From assembly GCA_036985875.1 (NCBI GenBank), contig BTQM01000002.1:1-41049 (forward strand): a stretch of DNA of 41,049 nt, given 5' to 3'. The position numbers and the translations under genes were made by a program. The notes beneath the pieces were generated by a model, which was given only the letters and a program-made list of their open reading frames with translations, did not search any database and was not told the origin of the DNA. Shown piece by piece: positions 1 through 7,189 of this stretch. Source of the stretch: Patescibacteria group bacterium. GTDB lineage: Bacteria; Patescibacteriota; Minisyncoccia; Phycocordibacterales; UBA1539. Each line of letters opens with the position of its first letter. Positions within the stretch are counted from its first letter, which is position 1.

Positions 1-166
1 CTCCATGATGAATCAGGTCGGCATCTCTCTTGAAAAAGTACGCAGCTACACGCAAGACGCCATGCGCATCTTTCCCCGAATCCCCGACATAAAGAGAGCA
101 CAGTTGGGAGACGAACTCGGACTCTACGGGGCACTTGCGTCTCTGAAACAGAAAGAAGGGAAATAA
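1..166 (+). CDS. 3' end of a gene cut by the window edge; the tail (...RAQLGDELGLYGALASLKQKEGK) resembles ROK-family sugar kinase/regulator C-termini
   Basis: Frame 2 is open from the window edge to TAA 164-166 and is followed by a GC hairpin. The family call rests only on the short C-terminal motif. Confidence 0.3.
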   Translation, partial: SMMNQVGISLEKVRSYTQDAMRIFPRIPDIKRAQLGDELGLYGALASLKQKEGK

Positions 167-171
167 AGGAT

Positions 172-191
172 CCTCGGGGCTTGCCCCGAGG
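172..191 (+). terminator. Hairpin CCTCGGGG-cttg-CCCCGAGG after the truncated gene
   Basis: 8-bp GC-rich stem directly after the stop. The downstream tract is A/T-rich but not a clean T-run. Confidence 0.5.
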
Positions 192-205
192 TATTAAAAT
201 AAGTG

Positions 206-307
206 CTCTCTCCGCTCACTCATTCCTGCGGCCTGTCTGCGTGCTCCGCACATGCAGGCAAGCCGCGGGGTATTTACCTATAATTTCAAGCGAGGAGCGT
301 GTGAGAG
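206..307. other. Nested inverted repeats predicting a ~100-nt rod-like structure in a convergent intergenic gap (possible small RNA, orientation unknown)
   Basis: Pairings are CTCTC 206-210/GAGAG 303-307, CGCTC 213-217/GAGCG 295-299, GCGGC 228-232/GCCGC 262-266 and CTGCGTG 237-243/CACATGCAG 251-257. It lies between the terminators of the two flanking genes. Confidence 0.3.
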
Positions 308-333
308 TCTTACCTCATATCATTTTAAGTGCA

Positions 334-368
334 ACAAAAAACCCACACCAGATAGTACTGATGTGGGG
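334..368 (-). terminator. Intrinsic terminator of the thyA-folA operon
   Basis: On the minus strand, CCCACA...TGTGGG stem (342-347/362-367) is followed by TTTTTTGTTG, just downstream of the folA stop. Confidence 0.6.
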
Positions 369-373
369 GGTGG

Positions 374-898
374 TTAAGAGATGGGCGGCAATACGCGTTC
401 CAATGTTACGAACACAAGATCGTATGGACTTTTTGCCCCTCGCATGTGGATACGCCTCTTCACTTCCCTCCACTCCTGCGATGGAACGAAAGGAAAGAAC
501 ACATTTCCACGAAACTCCTCGTTAATGAACGTGATGTACAAGCGATTCGCGTAAGGCATAAATTCTTGGAATACCGCCGCGCCGCCAATAACCATAATTT
601 CCGCTCCTTGTCCCTCGTCCTCTGCAATGCGAATAGCTTCCTGCGCTGAGAAAGCGTGGAAATATCCCACAGGATAGAATGTTCGTTGTCGGCTCATAAC
701 AACATTTATCCTATCCTTGAGTGGCTTATCGCCAAGCGACGCAAATGTTTTTCTTCCCATGATAATCGGCTTGTGTACGGTCTGCTCCCGAAAATGCTCC
801 ATGTCCGCACTGATATATTCCCAAGGCAGATAGTTGTCTAAGCCGATCACCCTACCGCGTCCCATTGCCGCGATCATCGCAATGTTTGTCTTTTTCAT
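374..898 (-). CDS. folA: Dihydrofolate reductase
   Basis: ORF 374..949 trimmed to MKKTNIAMIAAMGRGRVIG... (ATG 898). DHFR motifs: IAAM..G.IG, LPW, GRKTF.S, VIGG. Starts 15 nt after the thyA stop. Confidence 0.9.
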   Translation of the reverse strand: MKKTNIAMIAAMGRGRVIGLDNYLPWEYISADMEHFREQTVHKPIIMGRKTFASLGDKPLKDRINVVMSRQRTFYPVGYFHAFSAQEAIRIAEDEGQGAEIMVIGGAAVFQEFMPYANRLYITFINEEFRGNVFFPFVPSQEWREVKRRIHMRGAKSPYDLVFVTLERVLPPIS

Positions 899-912
899 CT
901 TTGCCTCTTTCC

Positions 913-1710
913 CTAAACCGCGATCGGTGCTTTGATGTACGGCCAACATTGATAATCGTCCGAGATCTCAAAATCATCAAATGTGAAATCAAAAATAGAC
1001 TTCACGTCTGGATCGAGCTTCATGGTCGGCAATGGATACGGATCGCGCATGAGCTGAATGTCAACCTGTTCCCTGTGGTTCAAGTACATATGAAGGTCGC
1101 CGAATGTATGAATAAAGTCGCCCGACTCAAGGCCGCATACTTGCGCCATCATCATGGTGAGAAGAGCATAACTTGCTATATTGAACGGCACGCCCAAAAA
1201 AACATCGGCGCTTCGCTGATACAGCTGACAAGAAAGTTTGCCGTTTGCCACATTGAATTGGAAAAAGCAGTGGCATGGCGGCAGAGCCATTTTATCAATA
1301 TCGGCGACATTCCACGCGCTTACGATCATTCGGCGGGAGTCCGGTGTGCTTTTGATCTCCTCGATCACTCGACTGATCTGGTCTATATGACGACCATCGG
1401 GAGTAGCCCACAAACGCCATTGACGTCCGTATATCGGCCCAAGTTCGCCGGACTCATCGGCCCACTCATCCCAGATGGTCACGCCGTTATCATTAAGATA
1501 CGCTACATTTATATCACCTTTCAAGAACCACAGCAGTTCATGAATAATTCCCCTGATGAACATTTTTTTTGTGGTAAGCAGAGGGAATCCTTCGCTAAGA
1601 TCAAAACGTGTTTGATACCCAAAAACACTAATGGTACCGGTGCCGGTGCGATCACCTTTCTTCGTGCCGTTTTCTTTGATGTGGCGCAACATGTCAAGAT
1701 ATTGCCGCAT
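913..1710 (-). CDS. thyA: Thymidylate synthase (ThyA type)
   Basis: ORF 913..1758 trimmed to [11 protein letters not shown]... (ATG 1710), preceded by AAAGGAGGAG. Motifs: DRTGTGT.SVFG, LPPCH..FQF, GDLHMY.NH. Confidence 0.95.
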   Translation of the reverse strand: MRQYLDMLRHIKENGTKKGDRTGTGTISVFGYQTRFDLSEGFPLLTTKKMFIRGIIHELLWFLKGDINVAYLNDNGVTIWDEWADESGELGPIYGRQWRLWATPDGRHIDQISRVIEEIKSTPDSRRMIVSAWNVADIDKMALPPCHCFFQFNVANGKLSCQLYQRSADVFLGVPFNIASYALLTMMMAQVCGLESGDFIHTFGDLHMYLNHREQVDIQLMRDPYPLPTMKLDPDVKSIFDFTFDDFEISDDYQCWPYIKAPIAV

Positions 1711-1756
1711 GAATCTCCTCCTTTTTGTTGTGACAAGGTGTTGTATTCTGCTCCCC

Positions 1757-1784
1757 ACATTATCACTTCAACGAGTGTTGTCAA
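1757..1784 (-). promoter_or_regulatory. Sigma70-like promoter for thyA-folA
   Basis: Minus strand reads TTGACA (1784-1779), 16-nt spacer, TGaTAATGT (-10 at 1762-1757). It lies about 45 nt upstream of the SD and ATG. Confidence 0.6.
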
Positions 1785-1891
1785 ACAATACAAGCGGCGT
1801 GCGCTCGTTCAGGCAACAGTGTTTGGTCGTTATAGTCCTCAATATAGGGAAAGAGTTATTCAAGCAGGGCATTTTTGCAGAGAGTGAAAAA

Positions 1892-1900
1892 TGATACTAT
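1892..1900 (+). promoter_or_regulatory. Extended -10 (TGaTACTAT) 6 nt upstream of ATG 1907; leaderless-type arrangement
   Basis: TACTAT at 1895-1900, then acattt, then ATG. No SD. Confidence 0.45.
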
Positions 1901-1906
1901 ACATTT

Positions 1907-2995
1907 ATGCCAAAAACGGTGCGGACCATCATGTATACAGAATATACGCTCACGACAACACTCTTGCTTGCTCTATTTTTCCTTGTGTTTTCCACCCACC
2001 TTGCGTATGCGCAGAGCGCGGCCATACGGAACATCGGCTTTATTCCGGGTAATATCTGGTATTCCGAAGATCCTTTTTTTGCCGGAAACAAAATAAGGGT
2101 ATACACAGTGGTGTTCAATAGCAGTCCAAATGATCTTTTGGGAATAATAGAGTTTTATGACAACAGCACTCTGCTTGGGAAAAAAGATTTCTCTCTCGCC
2201 GGTGGTGGCAAGACGCGCAATGTATGGATCGACTGGATGGCGAAGGAGGGGGACCACAAAATATCTGCCAAGATCACGAACGCCACCCTCTCCATCGCGG
2301 GAGGAAAGGAAGAGTCGATCACGCTAGCAAACAATCAAACAGGGGAGAATCAAACATTCGTTGACATTGACACAGACGGGGATGGAATCGGCAACCAGAA
2401 AGACACCGATGACGACAATGACGGCTTGACGGACGCAGAAGAAAAAGAAGCGGGAACAGACCCTCTCAAGAGCGACACGGATGGGGATGGCATTCCCGAC
2501 GGCGAGGATGAAGACCCCACTATCCCCGCGGAGGAAACCCCGTCAGTGACAGAAAATATTAAGAAACGCATTGAGAAAAATGTATCTCCCGCCGTCATCA
2601 AATCCACACGGTCAATCATCAGGAAAGTGGAAGAGTTCAGGGAGGCAAGTAGTGAGAAAGCGGCGATTAAGGTGCGAGAGGCAAAAAGGGAACTGGAATC
2701 TATTAAAAAGAAGGAGTATGTGAACCAGAAAGGAGACGCGCAAGATCGCATATCTTCTACCAAACAGACGGAGAAGATACAAGAGGGAGACATGGAAAAA
2801 ATTGAATCCGAAACACCGTGGGAGGTTGCTGATGATACGATGGGGATAAAGAAACCGCTTGCGTATGCCTCTCTGTTCCTATGGTCCCTCGCTCTATACA
2901 TACTGCAATATAAAGTAGTGTTTTATATTCTTCTACTCTTTCTCATTTTCAAACTGACGATGTTCGCCATCAAACGCTTGTTTAGAAACCCCTAG
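1907..2995 (+). CDS. Membrane-anchored or secreted protein with thrombospondin type-3-like Ca-binding repeats
   Basis: N-terminal hydrophobic signal (LLLALFFLVFSTHLAYA). DxDxDG repeats (DTDGDGIGNQKDTDDDNDGLTD...DTDGDGIPDGEDEDP, about nt 2365-2520). Charged coiled region. C-terminal hydrophobic helices. Confidence 0.6.
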   Translation: MPKTVRTIMYTEYTLTTTLLLALFFLVFSTHLAYAQSAAIRNIGFIPGNIWYSEDPFFAGNKIRVYTVVFNSSPNDLLGIIEFYDNSTLLGKKDFSLAGGGKTRNVWIDWMAKEGDHKISAKITNATLSIAGGKEESITLANNQTGENQTFVDIDTDGDGIGNQKDTDDDNDGLTDAEEKEAGTDPLKSDTDGDGIPDGEDEDPTIPAEETPSVTENIKKRIEKNVSPAVIKSTRSIIRKVEEFREASSEKAAIKVREAKRELESIKKKEYVNQKGDAQDRISSTKQTEKIQEGDMEKIESETPWEVADDTMGIKKPLAYASLFLWSLALYILQYKVVFYILLLFLIFKLTMFAIKRLFRNP

Positions 2996-3024
2996 GATAC
3001 CAAGTATCAGATATCGAGACTCAT

Positions 3025-3049
3025 CTACTAGACGTCGAGCGTCTAGTAG
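3025..3049 (+). terminator. Perfect 10-bp hairpin CTACTAGACG-tcgag-CGTCTAGTAG downstream of the 1907..2995 gene
   Basis: Seen directly in the sequence. No T-run follows, so its terminator function is uncertain. Confidence 0.4.
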
Positions 3050-3110
3050 ATTGGAGCGTGATCTATGTTTATAAAAAGAATAATGTCTGGCATTATTGCA
3101 TGCTAGTGTG

Positions 3111-3116
3111 TATAAT
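3111..3116 (+). promoter_or_regulatory. TATAAT box 7 nt upstream of the uvrB ATG (leaderless-type)
   Basis: TATAAT, then ccatcga, then ATG 3124. No SD. Confidence 0.45.
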
Positions 3117-3123
3117 CCATCGA

Positions 3124-5154
3124 ATGCAGAAATTCAAATTAAAAAGCGAGTGGGCACCCGCCGGCGATCAGCCACAAGCCATAAGAGTGCTCACGGACGG
3201 GCTCCGAAAAAGCATGCGCCATCAGACGCTTCTGGGGGTCACTGGATCGGGCAAGACGTTCACAGTGGCCAATGTTATTGCCAATATCGACAAGCCAACA
3301 TTGGTAATTGCACACAATAAAACCCTTGCCGCACAGCTAGCCCAGGAATACCAGGAGTTTTTTCCGGAAAACGCGGTGCATTATTTCGTTTCTTATTACG
3401 ACTACTACCAGCCGGAAGCATACATGCCGATAACGGATACTTATATTGAAAAGGATGCGCAAATAAATGAAGAGATCGATCGCCTGCGACATGCGTCCAC
3501 ACAAGCCCTTCTGACAAGACGCGATGTTATCATCGTTGCATCCGTCTCCTGCATATACGGCATCGGCTCACCGGAGGAATATCAGAAACAGAATTTGACC
3601 CTGCGAAGAAGCGAGGCGGCAAACCGGCGGGAACTCATAAAAAGTTTGGTAGCGATCTATTTCACGAGAACGAATGCTGATCTCACCCCAGGCACATTCA
3701 GGGCAGTGGGCAACAAGGTGGAGATAATGCCCGTTCACGAAAGGATAATGTACAGCATTGAGATATCAGACGGCAAAATATCCTCACTCTTCAAAATAAA
3801 CGCTCTGACAAGCAGTATTCTAGATGAACCAGACGAGATATCGCTTTTCCCGGCAAAACATTTCATCACGGAGGAGGACCAGAAAAACAGGGCGATCATA
3901 CTCATCAAAGAGGAACTGAAGGAGCGTTTGGGCGAGATGAAAAAAGACGGAAAGGTGCTTGAGTACGAGCGTCTCAAAAGGCGCACCACTTACGACCTCG
4001 CGATGATACGCGAGGTGGGATATTGCAGCGGCATTGAAAACTATTCGCGGCACTTCTCCGGCAAACGCGCGGGGGAACCGCCCGAAACGCTTCTTTCGTA
4101 TTTCCCTCGCAAAGAAGATGGAAGTCCTGATTTTCTCACCATCATTGACGAATCGCACGCCACTGTCCCGCAGATCGGAGGCATGTACGCCGGCGACGCT
4201 TCAAGAAAAAAAACGCTGGTGGAGCACGGTTTTCGCCTGCCGAGCGCTTTGGATAATCGCCCGCTTACATCGCGCGAATTTGGGAAAAGGGTTGGACAAG
4301 TTATCTATACGTCCGCAACTCCCGGCACCTACGAGCGGGAGGTGAGCATGCAAACAGCGGAGCAAGTCCTGCGTCCGACGGGACTTGTAGACCCCAAGAT
4401 AGATGTACGCCCAATCACGGAAAAGGGCGGCTACGGGGGCCAGATCGCGGACTTTATCAAGGAGACGGAAAGAGAAATAAAAAAGGGAGGGAGGGTAATC
4501 GCAACGACGCTGACAAAGAAAATGGCAGAGGACTTGAGCGAGTATCTAAAAGAAAAAAAAGTCGCGGCAGAGTACCTGCACAGCGACATCAAAACGATGG
4601 ATAGGATCAAAGTGCTCACGGACTTCAGAAAAGGTTCGCACGCGGATGGCTTTGACTGTTTGGTAGGCGTCAACCTCCTGCGGGAAGGACTTGATCTTCC
4701 CGAGGTCTCCTTCATCGGAATACTGGATGCAGACAAGGAAGGATTTCTCCGCAGCGAGACTGCGCTTATCCAAACGATAGGCCGCGCCGCAAGAAACGTG
4801 CTGGGGCGCGTGATACTCTACGCCGATACTCTGACCGGCTCCATGGAACGGGCGATCAAGGAAACGGACAGGAGGCGCTCTCTCCAGCTCGCGTACAATA
4901 AAAAGCACGGCATTACACCGAAAAGCATCGTGAAAAATATCCGCGACATTACGGAACATATGGAAAGCCAGCACGTAAGAACGGTGCGCACAATGCTTGC
5001 AATAGAAGAAAAGAAATTTGCCAAACATCCGAAGAAATTCATTGCGCTGAAAGAGAAGCGAATGAGTGAGGCGGTAAAAATACTTGATTTTGAGACCGCC
5101 GCGATCTTGCGCGATGAGATCAAGATCCTTAAGGAGAGATTGCCGCGATCCTAG
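3124..5154 (+). CDS. uvrB: Excinuclease ABC subunit B
   Basis: ORF 3058..5154 trimmed to MQKFKLKSEWAPAGDQPQAI... Motifs: Walker A GVTGSGKT, DESH box, C-terminal UVR motif (FETAAILRDEI). Confidence 0.95.
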   Translation: MQKFKLKSEWAPAGDQPQAIRVLTDGLRKSMRHQTLLGVTGSGKTFTVANVIANIDKPTLVIAHNKTLAAQLAQEYQEFFPENAVHYFVSYYDYYQPEAYMPITDTYIEKDAQINEEIDRLRHASTQALLTRRDVIIVASVSCIYGIGSPEEYQKQNLTLRRSEAANRRELIKSLVAIYFTRTNADLTPGTFRAVGNKVEIMPVHERIMYSIEISDGKISSLFKINALTSSILDEPDEISLFPAKHFITEEDQKNRAIILIKEELKERLGEMKKDGKVLEYERLKRRTTYDLAMIREVGYCSGIENYSRHFSGKRAGEPPETLLSYFPRKEDGSPDFLTIIDESHATVPQIGGMYAGDASRKKTLVEHGFRLPSALDNRPLTSREFGKRVGQVIYTSATPGTYEREVSMQTAEQVLRPTGLVDPKIDVRPITEKGGYGGQIADFIKETEREIKKGGRVIATTLTKKMAEDLSEYLKEKKVAAEYLHSDIKTMDRIKVLTDFRKGSHADGFDCLVGVNLLREGLDLPEVSFIGILDADKEGFLRSETALIQTIGRAARNVLGRVILYADTLTGSMERAIKETDRRRSLQLAYNKKHGITPKSIVKNIRDITEHMESQHVRTVRTMLAIEEKKFAKHPKKFIALKEKRMSEAVKILDFETAAILRDEIKILKERLPRS

Positions 5155-5207
5155 ACCAGAAAAGGTGTGTTTTCGATCGACTTAACTGCAGATGTGGATA
5201 ACGCACA

Positions 5208-5236
5208 TTGTGTGTCCTATATGCACAAGATATAAT
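5208..5236 (+). promoter_or_regulatory. Promoter TTGTGT-17-TATAAT, 7 nt upstream of ATG 5244
   Basis: -35 at 5208-5213, -10 at 5231-5236, then aataacc, then ATG. Confidence 0.5.
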
Positions 5237-5243
5237 AATAACC

Positions 5244-5630
5244 ATGGAGAAGGACGCTAAAACAAACGATCTGTCCGGCTCGACTCCGCCAATACACAAT
5301 GGGTCTCGCGCTTTCGAAACCAAGACAGGAAAACATTTGAATGTCATTTTCATCGGCATCACTATAGCGATATTGGTCATTGGAGGGCTTATATATTATA
5401 TTTATTTTTCTCAAAACGGAATACGCAACATAGGTACACCGACTCCGCTTACGATGGAAGAGATCCTTGGTGGCGCGGCGGCGCTCTCAGGAAGAGAAGC
5501 GGTGACAGAGGAAGAGAAAGCGATAATTATCGAAGGATCTTCCGTGCGTAAGACAGAAAAAAGGGAAATTACGGAGGAAGAATGGGAAAAGATACTGGGT
5601 GGGTCTGAAGCGCGTGCTGTTAACGAGTAA
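5244..5630 (+). CDS. Hypothetical single-pass membrane protein
   Basis: ORF 5208..5630 trimmed to MEKDAK... One TM helix (VIFIGITIAILVIGGLIYYIYF). Acidic tail with an internal repeat (EEILGG.../EKILGG...). Confidence 0.5.
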   Translation: MEKDAKTNDLSGSTPPIHNGSRAFETKTGKHLNVIFIGITIAILVIGGLIYYIYFSQNGIRNIGTPTPLTMEEILGGAAALSGREAVTEEEKAIIIEGSSVRKTEKREITEEEWEKILGGSEARAVNE

Positions 5631-5749
5631 AGCACGCGCAACCATTGGATGGTTTTAATACTACTAACGACTATGGTTCTACGGTGACCTATCATGCTCA
5701 GTGGGCGGGGATTTTATAGCAAATCTAAACTAAAAGTTGCAATAAGTTG

Positions 5750-5783
5750 AAAAATGCGCGAGATCTGATCTCGCGCATTTTTT
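5750..5783. terminator. Bidirectional intrinsic terminator
   Basis: AAAAATGCGCGAGAT-ctg-ATCTCGCGCATTTTTT: GC-rich stem flanked by an A-run and a T-run. Confidence 0.75.
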
Positions 5784-5847
5784 GTTCACAACAAGGACTT
5801 TCAAGTGGCTATCTAGTGCCGACATATCAGTCCCACCACTAGGTTAC

Positions 5848-5918
5848 GGACGCGTATGTAAAATGAGACTACCCGTGCTATAGACGTGTGTAAAATATAT
5901 CTACCTTTTCTGTAAAAT
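5848..5918 (+). repeat. Three direct copies of TGTAAAAT (5857, 5889, 5911); the first two lie within ~24-nt repeats GACG.GT.TGTAAAAT....CTACC
   Basis: Spacing is 32 and 22 nt, about 3 and 2 helical turns. They lie in a ~390-nt non-coding region upstream of the 6022 gene. Confidence 0.5.
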
Positions 5919-6021
5919 CGCTTCTGCTCCGCGTCCTACCTCTCAGCGAGGTTGACTTCTTGCGCTCTGCATAATACTCTTAGAAAAGATAATTTCTTTT
6001 AAGATGTACGGGGAGGTCCTC

Positions 6022-6330
6022 ATGCCAAAGCAAAAATATGCATTTTCGTCCTTGAATCAAGAGGAATCGTTCTATATACTTGCCGCTCTCATACAAATAC
6101 AGAGCAATGCTCAGAATATACTTGATCAAGTATCCACAGAGATGAATGCGCAAGATATTCTTGAACTCGCTGAGACGATTCAGAAAGGCTTCGCTCGGGG
6201 ATTCATGGGAAATAGTGAGCTTAAGGAAAAGTTTATTGAATATGCTCATGAAAAATTCGGGTTGGAGATTGAAGCGACCGAAGAGGAAGAGAACGGTAAA
6301 GGTCCAAGAGGAGATGTAACTTGGCATTGA
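6022..6330 (+). CDS. Hypothetical protein (102 aa)
   Basis: ORF 6004..6330. ATG 6022 is preceded by GGGGAGG with a 5-nt spacing. I recognise no family. Confidence 0.55.
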   Translation: MPKQKYAFSSLNQEESFYILAALIQIQSNAQNILDQVSTEMNAQDILELAETIQKGFARGFMGNSELKEKFIEYAHEKFGLEIEATEEEENGKGPRGDVTWH

Positions 6331-6337
6331 ACGTAGT

Positions 6338-6368
6338 AAAAACCCCCGGTTCTATAACCGGGGGTTTT
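6338..6368. terminator. Bidirectional intrinsic terminator shared by convergent genes
   Basis: AAAAACCCCCGGTT-ctat-AACCGGGGGTTTT. It overlaps the stop codon of the minus-strand gene. Confidence 0.85.
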
Positions 6369-6954
6369 AATATTTACGGTAGACACGCAGCGTCCTCATG
6401 CATTGCGCGGCAACATCGGACATGACCAAAAAATGTTCGCTCATGTGACGACCAATCTCTCTTTCCGTTTGGCGATAGAAACTCCCGTATAGACGCACAC
6501 CCATTTCTTTATAAAATCTGGCGTTGATTGCTTGCGCATTCCCCTTTTTGGGAAACAGAGATGAGAAGAGGAGACACGCATCGGCCCCCTCCTGCAGTAA
6601 AAACGGATTCCCTGTTTTCGCATTTTCGACCAGAAAACCAAAGACGTTTACATGGCGGAATTGTCGGTAAAAAAGTCTTGTGAGTAATTCCGCGGTATAG
6701 CACGCGCACAGAAACAGTGTTGGATTCATCATGTTTCTGTCACGAAGAATATCAATCATCGTTGACTGAAAAAAATACCGCACCTCCTCCTCGTTCACAA
6801 TGGTCATATTGCCAGAGAAACGCAAGGTCTTTTTCTTGACGAACACAAGTGCATCAAGGACAAGTCCGTCTATGTCCTCAGTTGAGGAATGTTTGTCCTT
6901 GCGCCGCAGTGCGTCGCAAATGTCTATTATGCGGGTGAGCTTTTTATCACGCAT
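6367..6954 (-). CDS. Hypothetical protein (195 aa), predicted mostly helical
   Basis: ORF 6367..6969. The second ATG (6954, MRDKK...) is preceded by AAGGAGG, which is formed by codons 2-3 of the longer ORF. I recognise no family. Confidence 0.55.
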   Translation of the reverse strand: MRDKKLTRIIDICDALRRKDKHSSTEDIDGLVLDALVFVKKKTLRFSGNMTIVNEEEVRYFFQSTMIDILRDRNMMNPTLFLCACYTAELLTRLFYRQFRHVNVFGFLVENAKTGNPFLLQEGADACLLFSSLFPKKGNAQAINARFYKEMGVRLYGSFYRQTEREIGRHMSEHFLVMSDVAAQCMRTLRVYRKY

Positions 6955-7038
6955 TACTCCCTCCTTCATGCAACGTATATTGAAATAGTTTTACAACCAT
7001 CTCATGAGGCCTCTTGCTATATATTAGCATGCTTCCCA

Positions 7039-7067
7039 TTGCTTTCACATCAAGAAATTGCTACTAT
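7039..7067 (+). promoter_or_regulatory. Promoter TTGCTT-17-(TGc)TACTAT upstream of uvrA
   Basis: -35 at 7039-7044, -10 at 7062-7067 with an extended TG. It implies a ~115-nt uvrA leader. Confidence 0.5.
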
Positions 7068-7083
7068 GCTTCTTGTTGATACA

Positions 7084-7130
7084 CCCCGCATGGTTGCGGG
7101 GCACACACCCCCTCTCTCACGGAAGGGGGG
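7084..7130 (+). promoter_or_regulatory. Two GC-rich hairpins in the putative uvrA leader
   Basis: CCCCGCA-tggt-TGCGGGG (7084-7101) and CCCCCT...AGGGGG (7108-7129). They sit in a divergent promoter region, so they are not terminators of any upstream gene. Confidence 0.4.
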
Positions 7131-7147
7131 TCGTTAGCGTTTTAGCA

Positions 7148-7160
7148 GTCGTGACACGAC
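7148..7160. promoter_or_regulatory. Perfect palindrome GTCGTG-a-CACGAC 30 nt upstream of the uvrA ATG (candidate operator)
   Basis: Seen directly in the sequence. Its function is inferred. Confidence 0.3.
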
Positions 7161-7189
7161 CGATAAAAATGTAAACAACAACATACACT

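Noticed and set aside
206-307. Identification of the rod-like structure as SRP (4.5S) RNA
   Set aside because: The conserved domain-IV features (GGAA-type apical loop with flanking AGCA/GGAA loop motifs) are absent on both strands.
865-1887. 340-aa plus-strand ORF, the longest ORF in this region
   Set aside because: It runs antisense across thyA and folA, whose minus-strand translations carry unmistakable ThyA and DHFR motifs. Its own translation is low-complexity with no recognisable motif. It is a shadow ORF.
3058-3123. 22-aa N-terminal extension of uvrB, with similar extensions on thyA, folA, rpsM, rplM, trpS and the YqeY and DUF389 genes
   Set aside because: The conserved protein N-termini begin at internal ATGs that have an SD or a -10 box in front. 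The extensions have odd composition.
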